Shown here: positions 13,390 to 27,944 of the stretch, one piece after another | How positions within the stretch are numbered: the first letter of the stretch is position 1 | Layout: each line of letters starts with the position of its first letter | Assembly (NCBI RefSeq): GCF_006345805.1 | Contig: NC_043015.1 | Coordinates: forward strand, 37,944,001-38,008,000 | Direction of reading: 5' to 3' | DNA from: Octopus sinensis | Lineage: Eukaryota | Length of the DNA stretch: 64,000 nucleotides | Notes under the pieces: generated by a model | Told to the model about the DNA's origin: nothing | What the model saw: the letters and a program-made list of their open reading frames with translations, nothing else | The model's database searches: none | Program-made: the position numbers and the translations under genes

Positions 13390-13390
<1 letters not shown>
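12625..13390 (-). mobile_element. CR1-like LINE, RT fragment
   Basis: SGVPQGTVLGPLLF, SYADDTK, LDYCSQPWSP, LRLYSLERRR in ORFs 13085-13654 and 12622-13179; homologous to 35137-36938. Confidence 0.9.
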
Positions 13391-13985
<595 letters not shown>

Positions 13986-14559
13986 ACACATAAGTGTTTG
14001 TGTGTGTTTAAAGAAAGATATATAAATTAGTGGTATTTGGTCAGACTATATATTCCGAGTTCAATTTCCTTCTGATTCGACTTCACTTCCATACCCTTCC
14101 ATTCAAACATTATACCTGCCAAATTTAAGATACACTTACAATATTTAAAGGCAAAAGTCTCACTTAAAAATTCAAAATTATAAATCCCTGTGTAAGAAAA
14201 GGAACTCTAACAACTATCATTGGGGAAAGTAGCAAACAATTCAAATTGCTTCCCTTATGCAACAAGAAACGCAACTCTTGCCTGGCAATTGTTTCAATAT
14301 AATCTTCCTTTGAAAACAATGAACATAATTCTAAACTAATCTATACCCAAATTTTGTGGTGCCGTACTCCAACGCAACCATTAAATGGGTGTTAAATGGG
14401 TTAAGAATCTACCCTTCTCTGATGGATACATTGAATCGTTTCCTTTCTACACAACAGAACTTAATAGTATAGGTTGTTTCCCTTTCTCCAATAAATGTCA
14501 ATAGGAAGTAGATAACATCGGTTCGAGATAATTCCATCGGGATGACTACATTCACACAC

Positions 14560-15760
14560 CTTTCCCCAATTCTGGAGAAGTGGGGAGGAAAAACTTGAGG
14601 ATGGAAAACACTTCCTTGGAAAGAAAAGCTTTGTCAATCGTAGGAATTATGTATGCAAATAGACGGGTCGTGTACTTCGCAGATGATGGAGTAGTCCCTG
14701 ATATGCGTAGGGTCAGAGCACTGATATTTACGGACCTGCGTTGAGCAGCACTCGTTTACATGTTGACCAATTTACGATAACGCTGGTCCTGGAACTTTTT
14801 CGAAGGACTTGGTTCAGCCAGGCGCAACTGGCATCCAGTGTCTGCCATAGCATTGTGACGGGTAACTTGGGTCGGTCGTGAAAGGGGAGCGGCGAAACCT
14901 GATGCCTTCCTGGCAAGTGTGTCGGCTTAAACATAGGTAGTGACAAAATAATAGGGGGGGGGAGAACCTTTTCCCCAGGAATTGCACGGTTCATTATATA
15001 CATATTGATCAAGAATTAATGCTTGGGTAGAGGATTCGTTAGGGAAGTAGACCAGAAGCCATAGGTTGTTGAATATTGCAGAAGTGTGGTCTTCCGTGTC
15101 AGCTGCGTTGATTTGAACCTGCCGTTCAAACGGAGTTATCGGCGGAGGACACTCTCACAATTATACAAGATGACACACCTAGCGTATTTGTGGTTGTAGG
15201 TGGAGCATTTCCGCATGCGTTCCTGTACATGACGTCTGTTATTGTGTTTTCTGCAGTGACTGCAGGGGTTTGCGGTGAATGTATCACGGAGTTTGTCAGA
15301 TTTATTGACCGAGCGTTGCCGCTCATAGTGCTTATATGAACTAGAATCTGTGGTGATTGGGTAGTGCCGGGGCCCATGAGACAGCTGGCTGAGCGTTATC
15401 CACTTTCTTCTGCCTCGATGTACTTTGGAGCTTCTTCAAATGTCATGTCTTACTTGGAGTCAACCATGGTGTCAAGGCGTATCTCCTCGTCCTCCGACAC
15501 ACTTACAAGAACATCGCGAACTATGATGTCCAAGGGGCATTCCACTTTGAGGTTGCAGACTGCCATTTACGACATGCAGCCAATATTCTAACGGGTTCGT
15601 CCCAATCCAGGCGCATTTGTCCTTCCTGCACACAAACGAACATCACATTTCCTTCACGGACAAATATGGACGTAATGTCAGTGAGGACAGTTTGCTCATC
15701 GCTAGAGGCCAATGCACCGAACGTTCATGTAAAATCTATTATGAGTATCCCGTTGCAGCA
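14560..15760 (-). mobile_element. Gypsy-type gag-protease remnant
   Basis: MRLDWDEPVR; IVRDVLVSVSEDEEIRLD…DMTFEEAPKYIEAEESG*RSA; protease motif MADTGCQ at 14848-14828; TTRLFAYIIPTIDKAFLSKE. Many stops and frameshifts. Confidence 0.7.
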
Positions 15761-16969
15761 TTTGAGAAGCTGAAAGAATACTTCGTTACACCTAGGTCCA
15801 CTAGCTTGTGTGTAGTCTGAACATCTCAGCTCAAAGTTACCCACTTCTTGCTAGTTCCAGCTGCGGAGATGACGGGGCGGCGGAGCTTCTCGGGTGAGAC
15901 TTTCATTGGAGGTGCCTTTTGCCAGGCATTCCGATGGGCAGTGACGTCTACAAAGCAAGGCAAGGGTTAGAGGCAAAACAGGATCAACTGCTAGTGGAAG
16001 GAGAATTCCAGAATTCGCGTACATTACAGTATCAAGTGCACTGACAAACAGTAGAAACAGTTCTGTTTCCTACTTCTTTAACCACCATTTCGTTACTTCT
16101 GAATTTCACAAACAAGGTCGAAAAGACATTTCAACCACACATAATTAACAGGAGATATCGGAAATATCTTCTCCTTATGCGGCAACGATATTATTATGTA
16201 GCCACTAGTCCATTTCATGATGTAAACATATCTTCACAAATATTTGTAACAGGAAATCACTATATCCTTGGTTAATAGTAGAAGAGCTACATGTTGCCTT
16301 CCTTGCTTTTATTTCTCCTATTGTAGTAGGGAATGGGGTATAGTTGAATATTTGTTATCAGGGGACGTGATATATAACAAGATATCTTCTACTTCACAAA
16401 ACGAACAAGACTTAGTAGGAAAGTACAGAGATGGAGGCGACAAGGGGAACGACGATTAGCAGATATAAGACGAGCAAGGTGACCCTATGTCGAGTAATCG
16501 TGTACAAGAAAGAGTACGAAAAGACGACGAACCATATAGCCCTAACACTAAACCTCACGTTAAGACACATACATGCATGCATCTATACATAAATACAAAA
16601 ATACGTACATACATATAGATACACACGCAATACTCACACGCGAACACGTACAAACGCCTAACACAAACACGTACACGCATACACACACCTTAACGAAAAA
16701 ATACACTACACACACACATGCAGATATATAGATATATCCACAAACACGTGTGCGTGTATTAAAGAATAATACATGAGATAGTTTTATATTTTGTTAGACT
16801 TTATGTTCCGAGAACCAATACCGTCTGATTCGACTTCCCCACCATACCCTTGGGTCCATGCATTATTCCAGCCACATTTCAGATATTTAAATGCAAAAAA
16901 AGGAAATCATTTAAAAATTCAAAAATATAAACTCCTTTGTAAGGGAAGTAACACTAACATCTAAGATTT

Positions 16970-19610
16970 GTGAAAATACCAATACTTCTTTTCAAGGATC
17001 CTGGGTACTGGAAACTAAACACGTCTTTCCCATCAAGAAAGGTTTTCAGAGACCAGATTAGCACTCTAGTAAAGAGGGCCTTAACGGTAGCTATCATCAA
17101 GAACAAATGGTGGTTTGCCCTCAAAAGAGCAATAATAGCAGAAGCGATTAGGTATAGCAAAGCACTAGTCATAGATAAAAAAAGAGTAGAGGGTGAGCTA
17201 CTTAAGAAGCTAGAAGAGGCAATTAGAAGCGGCATCGCATCTGACTTTTGACGCCAATGCCAGACTTGTTTGTAGACGTCTTGGCAGCGATACTGCAACT
17301 GGCAGCAAAACGGGAGCATCCCTGGTTTTGTGAGCCAAGGAGCCGTAACACTGCTAAAGAAAGATCTAAACAGGGGGGACGTAATAGATAACTTTAAGTC
17401 CATCACACTGCTTAATGCAGACTTGAAAATTTTGGCCAAGGTGTTAGCCAAGAGGTTGGTGCTTGTCATCAAGAAACTGGTTGACAAGACACAAACGTGT
17501 GCCGTGCCGGGCCTTGCATTCATGACAACCGCCATCTGATGCCCTACATCATAGACAGTATAGTTAAGGAACCTGGCATGGGTGGGGCATTGATCAATTT
17601 GGATCAATCAAAAGCTTTCGATAGGGTAGACCATCGATACTTGAAGGTTGTCCTCAGAGCGGCTGGTTTCGGTCCCATCTTCCACAGCTGGATAGCCACT
17701 TTGTACAGAGGTATCCATCCGGTAGTTCGCATAAATGGACATCTATTGAGACCTGTCAACATTGCACATTTAGTCCATCAGTGATGCCCCCTCTATTCGC
17801 ATCTCTACGTATTGACTCTAGAGCCATTATTGTGGAAGCAGGCAACTCTGATGGGCATCCCGCGAGATTTAGGAAGCTGGAGAAGCGTGTCTGCATATGC
17901 AGACGACTTCACCATCATAGTGTCTAGCCATGAGCACATCGAGCAGGTCGGTGAGACACTGAAGACTACGAAGCAGTGACAGGAGCAAAAATCAACAGGG
18001 AAAAGTCAGTGGACTTGTGGCTCGGCACCTGGAGAAGCAAGCCCATGCCGTCCACCAGTGCCTCCGTCGTGGGACGCTGGACTGACGGTCTGGTCGAGTT
18101 GCTCGGGGTCTGGTTTGGTCCGGACCTCCTAATAGAGAAGACCTGGAATGAGATAACGTGTAGGGTGGTCACTCTCGCCTGGCAATGGGCCAAGAGGAAA
18201 CTGTCCCTAATAGGTCGGGTAGGGGTGGCGAACACGCATATCGCGTCCATCATCTACTATCGCCTGACCATCGTACCTTGTCCCGACCCTACCATCACCA
18301 AACTAGAACGCATTCTCTTCCGCTTCTTGTGGAAAGGATGCATCTCGATTGTCAGGTGATCCATTTGCTGTCAACAACCGTTAAGAGGACGACTGGGCAT
18401 GCTGTGGTTGATGATGCGCAGACACGCGCTGAGACTGTGACATCTCCAGGTATATGTAGACGACGGTGAACAGGTGTAGTCGCCGTTTGTGAGGCATGCT
18501 TTCCCGCAACTCATCTCCATGACCGAACTGCAGTCGTGGATCAAAAAGAGGTCGAGGAAGGGCGAATGGCACCGTGAGTGTCGCATTGCTCTCAATCAAC
18601 GATGCCATCCCGGGTCGACCTTGAGCAACTTCAACACAACCAAAGCATTCTATAGGGGGTTATTGGAGGGGAGGTACGACGACAAGCTGGGGGTGAACCT
18701 GGACGTCGACGAGGAATACCTCACCTGCCTGTTAACGACGACTTTCAGGCCAGGACCCATGAAGAACTTCCAGAGATCCCTGGCCTGGCAGTGCTACTGA
18801 GAAGCACTACCCGTTCGCGATAAGCTGTACAGACACGGCTCAAGAAACACGGGGTTGACCTGCTCATGATGCGGTCATAGCGACGAAACCGTTCTGCACG
18901 CACTCGTGCAGTGTCCAACAATTTCAGACATGTGGGCTTATGTCGAACGACTGCTGTCACATGTGGGACAAGTCGGATTATCAGCCGAATCTATCGTCAG
19001 TACTGTCACGCCTCCTTCCTTCAAACGGGAAGGAAGAGCTATTTTCATCATTCTTGTGGCTATGGCGAAAGAACGTATCTGGGGAACACGTCTGAAAGGA
19101 TTGGAGGCAAACATTTTCCTCTCTGGCCAATCTCTCATCAACTTCTTCAAGTATCACTTGAAAAGGAAAGTGAGAGTAGAGAGGCAAGTTTTGTATAGCG
19201 AATGTTTCAAAAAAAGATGGGTGAATGTAGCAAGCATGGCACTTATGAATGACGAAGCCACCTTGACCATAATCCTATGAACCCGGAAAAATCTAAAACA
19301 GAGGGTTACTTACTTGCAAACAAATATGTTAACATGTAGCATTACTGACCTAGGTTACAGTGGTCATTTCCATAGGCTTTTCTTTCCATGGATAAACCTT
19401 ATCAGCTTCCCCCTCTACACCTTACATCATGACATTTCTGTGATACACGATACCTATTTATGGGTTTTTTCTTTCCCTTTTACGATCCCTTTTGATCGAA
19501 AAACTAACCCACTTTTTTTTCTCCTTTTTCCTCCCACAAAAGCAAAGCTCTACTTTGTAATCTGTCCCATCTGTGTGCAGCCCTGTGTAGCTAATAAAGA
19601 CACTTATCTA
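16970..19610 (+). mobile_element. Tx1/L1-clade non-LTR retrotransposon, 5'-truncated ORF2 with 3' UTR
   Basis: GYWKLN; ITLLNADLKILAKVLAKRL; LDQSKAFDRVDH; SAYADD; GAKINREKS; C-terminal ETVLHALVQCP; AATAAA at ~19593. Confidence 0.9.
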
Positions 19611-20074
19611 TCTAACTATCTTTCTACCTAACTATTTCTGAATGTGTTTGTATATCTTCAGACAGTATGCTTTTCTAGTTCAATGTCTATCTCTATATTT
19701 ATCGATCAGTCTCATTAACTAGGTATTTGGTAATTGTTATATGTATCATTCTCCATAACTCAACTCCATATCCATCTGCCTATCTATCTATCTATCTACT
19801 TTCTATGAAATCTCAATTTTTAAAACAAACATAATTTTCTTATGGTTTCTTAAACATTCTGTAGAGCAACACTATGTACAAAACCAAATATATGGCACCC
19901 AAGGCATAACACCAACATGAGCTTCCAATTTGTTATCTCTTGAGGTCTCTGGGTGAGACTTGGAGCCAATTTGTACAAATGTAAAGCGAAAGTCAAACAT
20001 AAAATAATAATAAACGAAAATACAAAATTTATCAGTTTTATGAAAATAAATAAATTTTACCACATATATTGAAG

Positions 20075-21270
20075 GAAATTACATAAGAGCTTCTGGGTAA
20101 ACAACATTCTTTGTTTTCTGGTTTCAAGCATAGACAAATAAGTCATGCAGATTACCTACCCTAGAGCAACAAACATAAAGGTGACCATGAGAAAAGCAAG
20201 CCAGTAGATTTCAAAGACTGCCCTTAAGCTTTATTAATAGACATTGCAAAGCAAAATCACACTGGGAATTGTGTTCATTTGAACTCAAATGGTATATCTG
20301 TTGGTTTAGTTGGAATTCTTGGAATGAAAGCCTCTTCCCCAGAGACACAGCCATCAATGATGGTAGCTTCTATAACATTAGGTAGTAATGTCTTCACAAT
20401 CAACATTGTCCTATTGCAAAAGAATTAAGGAACTCTGTTGGGTAATGGCCAGCTTGATTTTCATCAAGAACTAAATCTTGATTTTCATCAAGAACTAAAT
20501 TGATTTGTACTGCTTATTGACACTTGAAATTTCATGGTTAATCCTTACTACTTTCTCATTTTTTGGAGCAAAAATTGCCCTTTCACACAACAATTTATAT
20601 GATTTGTAACTATTATTTAAGTCTGGAAATATCCTGTTCATCAGTTCAGCTGGGAATTCACCATGATAGCAATATGAGCCAAACTGATGTCACCATTCCC
20701 ATAAAATGGTACTTTCCCATTTCCTAATTAGAGGAGCCATGTTGAAAACTGTTTTGTATATTGGTCCTCATGTAATAAAGCTCACACATTAGTATTGAAG
20801 GAGAATTTCAGTACTTTATTCCATAAGTCTGAAGATTTTATACATGCTTTCATTTCATCATATCTTCTTTGTCTCAGAATGACTGGTAATGTCTGTCTGA
20901 AATATCCTAATAAAACTCATGCAACTCCTCCCATAAATTTATTGTCGCCTCTGATGTTCTGTAAGGTCTTACAAAGGGCTTCCATTGTACCTCTATGTGA
21001 CATGGTGCATTCATCCAAAATGATAAGGTGTTACTGGCACAAAACTTCTAGTGAACCTCAATCTTTGCTTATGTAAAAATTAGACTTTCATTTGTGACCA
21101 GGTTTACTAGTAATTTCAAAGCAGAATGAGCTGTTTGTCCTCCTGGAAGAATGGTGGCAGCAAAGACAGATAATGGTACAGCAACTGCAATTCTTTTTTG
21201 TTGCCTTACCTTCGAGAGAAGCAATGTTTTACCTGTCATCAGGAGCATCAAAAAAAAAATTCCTCTCCTT
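20075..21270 (-). mobile_element. Helitron RepHel helicase fragment (pseudogenised)
   Basis: FFFDAP…TGKT…SKVRQQKRIAVAV…AATILPGGQTAHS; LIILDECTM; FSHGHLYVCCSRVG; terminal TKNVVYPEAL*. Confidence 0.85.
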
Positions 21271-22923
21271 TTTTCTGGTGATTGTAGAATTACACACACA
21301 CACATATACATATACATACAGTATCAAACATGAGATGAAATGGACGAGTGTGAGATAGGGAGAGAGAGGGCAATTGAAAGGGTATGTTGTCATATATAAG
21401 TACATACATAAATAGGCATCATCTTTCTTGTATATATGTATGTATGTATGTGAGGGTGTCACGTAAACATATCTCTCTCTCTCTCTCTCTCGTACACACA
21501 CACGTGCGTGCACACATATATATAGAAAAAATGTATGCATATGTATTTATGAAAACACTTCCTTCTGTAACCCACATTTATTATATTTTAAAATCTTTTT
21601 ACAGAAACCCCAGTTTTCTGATACAGAGATTATGGACCTGAAAAAACAAAACGAGCAAAAATCGGCATTTCAAAATTTCATTTTCCCCACTTAGAAATAC
21701 TTCCACCCATCCGTCCTCCCCATATTCTCCTAAATTTGTTTATTATTGTAATTTTTTTGCCAAATATCACCATTTTTGGATACGGAGGTTCCGGAAAATT
21801 GCCAAATATCAGCTTTGTGAAATTTTTTTTACTCTCCTTTTCACCCAACATCTTCAGTTTTTACTCTTTCTCCAACACTAACCCTAACTCTAACCCTAAA
21901 ACCGTAACTGTAAGTACAGAAATGTTTTGAAATTTTTGTCCGAATCATGATGTTCGTATTTTTTCACATATTTAGAAGAAACATTCTTAAAAAAAAATTC
22001 TACAAAGATTTTTGTAAAAAATTTTTCAGAATCATAATCTACTTATTTTTCCATATATTTGGGGTGAAAGAATTATGAAAAAAGTTTAAAATGAGGGAAA
22101 TGGGAGTGGGTGAGGTAGAAATATAGATTTTTGCCATTTTTTTTTTGTCAGAATCGTATTCCCCGTAGCCGAAAAGGGGGTTGGTGTCGAAAAAATATAA
22201 AATATTTTTTTAAAGGGGGTTGGGGGTTGGAGGGGGGGTATTACCCCTCCTCTACCCCACCCACAAAATTTATTGTAAAGTTTCAATTAAAAAAAAAATT
22301 AACCATCCCGCTCCTCTAGCATAAACGAAATCCTTTTCGCCACAGAGCATGCATTGACTGCTACGGTGGTGTGACGACGGGTGGACGACGTAGGGATAAG
22401 GTTTTTGGAAATTTTTTCCTTTTATCTTAGGTTTTAAAGTGTGGACAGCTCCATTCTGTCGTTCGTTTCTCTTTCTGATTTCCAATAGCTTTTACAATAC
22501 TTCGAAATCAAAATTGGGTGCACATGGCGGAGACGTAACCCACCCGCTCCAGTACTTTAAATAAGCCTTCAAGCAGTCTATCCACATGTTAGAAATAACA
22601 GCCAATTCTCACACAAACTATATTTCGCACGTATTTTTTAATAATTTTTTTTTTACATATACGCTTCATATGACTTACAAGTCGACTGTGGATGTGTTTC
22701 GACAAAAATCTCAGAATCTACTCAATTTGATGGCCTGATTTTTTAATTTAATTTTTTTTTAACTAAACGCTTTGAAACTTCGGATACTGGTAAAATGTGT
22801 CACATAGACCAGGGTTTACTCTTAATTTTTTTTATAACATTTTGTATTTGTGGGCGTGTGATTTTGGTTGCTATTTTTAGCGTATCAAGAAACCAAGTAG
22901 AGGCTCTTTCATTGATAAGATCC

Positions 22924-23148
22924 GGATCTTTTCGCTTTGACCGGCAGATTTTAAAAATTATTTCTTTGTAACTAAACACTTTTAATCTTCTTTATAAAAC
23001 ATCTTTTTCTACCCCCACCCCCACCCATAACCCTAAAAACAGATTGAAATGCAATAGATCGATACTTAGGTCATAATTATGGGTGACATTTTCACGTGAC
23101 ACCGCCAGAAATTATTTTTAAAATCTGCCGGACAAAGCAGAAAGATCC
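22924..23148. mobile_element. MITE with GGATCTTTTC…CGGCAG terminal inverted repeats
   Basis: TIRs at 22924-22957 and 23110-23148; the interior (aaccctaa…agattgaaatgcaatagatcgatact…gggtgacatttt) matches the arms of 44525-45324. Confidence 0.75.
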
Positions 23149-24029
23149 ATGTATGGATTTACGGCCAAGAACATTTCCAGATTTTCTATATATTTCTTAA
23201 ACACATTGTCGAAGTTTATTCCCACTAAATTCCAACATGGCGGAGATTTCAGGTGTAAAAAAAAAAAATTAACTCTTTCATTTCATTTTGTCCTATTACT
23301 GCGGGAAATTACTCTGAAAGAAACCTTTGCAGAAAGGTGAGTAGATTCATTACATATTTCTTTCATTATGTTATCACAGTTTTGTGAAATTTGGCTCTTG
23401 TTTATAACATATTTTCTCCGTTCATTCGCACCATTTTCTCTTTTAGACGGAGGGATGAAATGGGGGTGGTTATGAATCAATTTAGGAGTTTCCTCACAGA
23501 AAATTTGAAATGAATTATTTTATATTCCCCATAATTTTAATCTCCATATTTTCCCGCGTCTATTGAAAACGAAAAAAAGGTAAAATTTTAAAATTTGGTG
23601 TCGGAAGCGAGTAATTAAAATTTTTGAAACCATAGCTTAAAGAATCTCCGTCATTGAAAACATTAGGCATCCACTGAAAGAATTTAAAAAAAGAAAAAGA
23701 GGTCGATTTTTTCGTTCTGGTGTACTTATAAACATTAACCGGTAAGATTATAATAAATTGGTGGTAACGAAGTCTGGATAGGAGAGAGAAAGAATGCAAA
23801 ATCCTAATAAAAACCACTTTAGTGTTTGTATGTGTGTGAAACAAATAAAATATCTTTTTCGTACATCTTAAAAATAAATGGATATATTAATCCCTGATCA
23901 CAGATTGTTGCATGTTACATAATCGTCAATAATTCATCGAAAGGAAGAAAAACATTTTCCAATAATTCTCATTTCTCCCCCCCCCCTCCCATTTCTGATC
24001 AAAGATAAAGGGTTTGCGACATCTGTAAT

Positions 24030-24570
24030 GCTGGCCGTTTGAAAGGTATATATATATATATATATAATTTCATTAAAAGATAGCCATTTTCCTTAAAGTT
24101 ACGAGGAAAAAAAGGGATCTGGTGAATTTTCAGAAAGTCTTCTCCCCACCTCAAGATTTTCCGTATGCCGTTTGAAAGGTATTTATATAAAATCTCATTA
24201 AAAGAAAGGACAAACTTGTGTAAATATACTTAGGACAAGCAAAAGGGTTTATTTGTGCAATGGTATACATATTTTAGCCTACACCTTCCTTGAAGAAACG
24301 ATACAGCAAAGTATATAAGTTCTTTTATTCTATCGCCATGGTAAAAACATTTTCCTAACAGTTATGAGGGGAAAACATCGGATCTTGTGAGTTTTCCGAA
24401 TTTCTCTCACCACCACATCGAAAAAGAATTTACCCACAAAATTATTTATAATAGTAATCTATGCCGTTTGAAAATTATTTTTATAAAATTTCATTTAAAA
24501 AAAAAAAATTCTAGAAGTTAGGAGGAAAAATCTTGGATCTTGCGAATTTTCCGAAGTCTTTACCAAAAAG
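24030..24570. repeat. Diverged internal direct repeats of an unclassified element
   Basis: GCCGTTTGAAA at ~24033, ~24167 and ~24463; AGTTA.GAGG…GGATCT.G.GA.TTTTC.GAA three times. Confidence 0.65.
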
Positions 24571-25349
24571 TTGATTTTTTTCAAATGTCAGAACGAAAAT
24601 TCACCAAAAGTAACTCATTTAGCGTGAAATATAATGTGTGTAAAACAACTCTCAATGAAATATTTCTCAGAAAATGAATATCAAAGACAATTTACCTTCA
24701 AGATAATTTCAGATGCGATTTTCTGGTCATTTACCTTAAAAACAAAAAGAATAAATACGTAATGGCGATAAATTACAAAAATGCATGTGGGTAAACGAAA
24801 CGAAACGAATATGTTATGAGATTACAATTTTTTTTTTAAAATAAAAATGGATTCGTTTTAGGATAAAAGGATAATTAATTCAAAGTATTAAAATTCCTAG
24901 GCTTCACGGGCTGAAAGGGGAAATTTCTAATAATAAGATTAAAAAAGAATAAAAAAAAAAAAGATTTTTAAGTGTGTCTTAAACCAGTTCAAAGAAGACT
25001 TTTATCCAAAATTTATTTGGATGCCTTCAAAAATTCTTCGAAAGACACACACTGCATAATATAAAAATGAGAAGTGAAATTTCATCGGCAAATCAAACAG
25101 CTGCTGAAATTACCTTTCCATTCAAAAGCTTCTGTATTTGCTCAGAGTCAACTTCTTGCACAGATTCTCATCTTGCCCCCAACACTTCAACAACCTATTC
25201 TTTCAGACACTTGAATGCTTGGTCAATGTCAGGCTCTCTCCAACGTCCCACAATCAGGTTTCACTTGGGAGTTTTGATCTTCCTAAGTGTTTGTCTCTCT
25301 CTGGAGTGAATTGGGCTTGTCTGATCCTGCCAGCATATCTATATCATCA

Positions 25350-25980
25350 GCAGCATCATTTAACGCCCGTAGTCCATGCTAGTATGGGTTCGACAGTTTG
25401 ACTGGTCTGGCATACTGGAAGGCTGTGCCAGGATCCACTCTCATTTGGCATGGTTTTCTATGACTGGATGCCCTTCATAACACCAACCACTCTGAGAGTG
25501 TTATGGGTGCGTTTACGTGCCACCGGCGCAGGTGCCATTTGCGTGACACTGGTATCTGCCATGACTGTGATTTTTCTTGACTGTGATTTTTCTTGGGTCT
25601 TCTCAAGCAAGACAAAGGTCTTAACCATTACCTCCATAAAGCCCAACACTCAAAAAGAACTCAGCCACTTTGCCTCCAAGTGACCCAATGCTCTAAAGGA
25701 ACTCAGTCACCTTGCCTTTATGAGGACCATTCAAAAGGAACTCAGCCAACTCACCTCTGTGAGGCCCATTACTCGAAAGGAACTCAGCCACTTTGCCTCC
25801 ATACGGTTCACTCAAAAAGAACTCAGCCACCTCGCGTCCGTAAGACCCATCACTCAAAAAGGACTCAGCCACTTTACCTCCATGAGACCCAATGCTCAAA
25901 ATGAGCTTTGTTACTTTACTCCATCAGACCAATGCTCAAAAGGTACTCAGCCACTTTGCCTCCATGTAGCCCAATATTCA
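25350..25980 (-). mobile_element. RTE 3'-UTR-derived element carrying a ~39-40 bp minisatellite (25645-25975)
   Basis: (CAT)n tail and RTE 3' UTR, then about 8 diverged AAAGGAACTCAGCCACTTTGCCTCC… units; the same unit recurs inverted at 48040-48140. Confidence 0.8.
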
Positions 25981-26202
25981 AAGGTTGGTTTTTTCCCCCC
26001 TTTACATGCCAGTGTATTCTGTTAGAAACATATCAGAGTACAAAGTAGAGCTCATTCACCTTTAGAATTACCAAATCACCAGTAGTATTATGGTATACTT
26101 CCAAGTCTTGGTTTAGGCATTATTTTTCATGTGTGAATAAGACTACATATTAGTGTTTATTAAATAGCTGTCTAAACATACTCATTCTTGACTCTATTTA
26201 TT

Positions 26203-26240
<38 letters not shown>

Positions 26241-26243
<3 letters not shown>

Positions 26244-27808
26244 TCATCATCATCATCGTTTAACGTCCGTTTTCCATGCTAGTATGAGTTGGATGGTACA
26301 ACCGGAGTCTGGGAAGCCAGGAGGCTGCGCCAGGCTCGTCTGATTTGGCAGTGATTCTACAGCTGGATGCCCTTCTTAACACCAACCATTCCATGAGTGT
26401 ATTGGGTGATTTTTACATGCCACTGGCACAGGGGCCAGAGGAGGCTAGCAAACTACCACAATCAGTTGGTGCTTTTTACATGTCACTGACACAGGCAGCG
26501 CTTGCATCAGCCACATTCGGATGGTATTTTTATGTGCCACTGGCATGGGTGTCTTAACTACAATTTCCATTTGATTTACATTTTGATGAATTTATGCATC
26601 CAGCGGATCATGCTAGCTTCATTTCATTCAAGCCTACACATGTCCTCTCCAGTCACAGCCCATGTTTCACTACCTTGGAGCATAGCATTTTGCACACATG
26701 CGTCGTACTATCTACCTTTCACTCTGAGCGAGAGACCCTTTGTTGCCAGTAGTGGAAGAAGCTTTTTAAACTTTGACCAGGCCATTCTTATTCTAGTGGT
26801 AACACTCTCTGAGCATCCACCCCTGCTACTAACTTGGTCAACTAGGTAGAGGAAACTATCAACTACTTCTAGTTTTTTCCCCTGGAATGTAATGGAATCT
26901 CTTTTCTGATTATCAGTGGTGTCTATTGCCCCTGTGCATCTGCCGTACATGAAGCTATCTCCTCATTAATTCTCCTTTGATGTTACTGCACCTCTTAAGT
27001 GTCCATAGCTTACACTGGGTACATCTTATGGAGTTTCTAACTACACCTCTTCTACAGATTGAGCAGGGTCACCTACCTGAAGGGGTGTGTGGTGAGTTTA
27101 CCTTCCTACTTACTAGAACTTTGGTCTTTGCTATATTGACTATAAGGCTTTTTGATTCTAAACCTAGCTTCCATGCACAAAATTTCTTCTCTAGTTTGGG
27201 TAGTGATTCTGCTATGAGAGCTAGGTCATCAGCATAGAGGAGCTCCCATGGGCAACCCATCTTGAATTCCTGTTATTGCCTGGAGGACTATGATGAATAA
27301 GATGGCACTGAGGGCTGAGCCTTGGTGGATGCCAATGTCTACCCAGAATTCTTCACTGTTCTCATTGCCAATCCTGACCTTACTAACAGCCTCTCTGTAA
27401 AGGGCCTGTACAGCCCTTATTAACCATTCGTCAATCTCCAGTTTCTGCATCAGCCACCAGATAAGGGACCAGGGGACCCTGTCAAAGGCTTTCTCAAGTC
27501 CACAAAAGCTAAGTATAGGGACTTATCTTTGGCTACGTATTTTTCCTGCAGTTGTGAAACCAGGAATATGGCATCAATGGTGCTTCTACCTAGCACAAAA
27601 CCGAACTGCATCTCATCTAGGCAGACTCTCTCCCTGATTAGATGGGCTATGACCCTCTCAGTGACCTTCATTACCTGATCCAGCAGTTTGATACCCCTGT
27701 AGTTATTTCTATCTACAGGGGTATCAAACTGGTGGATCAGGTAATGAATGTCACGGAGAGGGTCATAGCCCATCTCATCAGGGAGAGATGAGATGGGCTA
27801 TGGCCCTA
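26241..27808 (-). mobile_element. RTE LINE, 5'-truncated, with fold-back 5' end
   Basis: ORFs NNYRGIKLLDQVMKVTERV, GCPWELLYADDLAL, LEVVDSFLYL; (CAT)n tail at 26241; (TA)n on both flanks. Confidence 0.95.
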
Positions 27809-27899
27809 TATATATATATATTTATATATATATATATATATTTATGACCCTATATATATACCCTATATATGATCCTATATATATATATATAATATATAT

Positions 27900-27941
<42 letters not shown>

Positions 27942-27944
27942 CAT

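Noticed and set aside
16322-16568. TG…CA-bounded segment as a 5' LTR
   Set aside because: No second copy, PBS or TSD visible in the window.
14030-16955. Diverged direct repeats 14030-14205 and 16790-16955 as LTRs of the Gypsy remnant between them
   Set aside because: They begin with SINE-B-like sequence and show no LTR termini, PBS or PPT; more likely an old duplication or independent repeat copies.
25050-25330. Possible minus-strand pseudo-exon ending AAG|GTAATT (…IVGRWREPDIDQAF…)
   Set aside because: Several in-frame stops and no recognisable family.
25645-25975. CRISPR-like periodicity
   Set aside because: Units are contiguous diverged tandem repeats without unique spacers, in eukaryotic repeat context with no cas genes.
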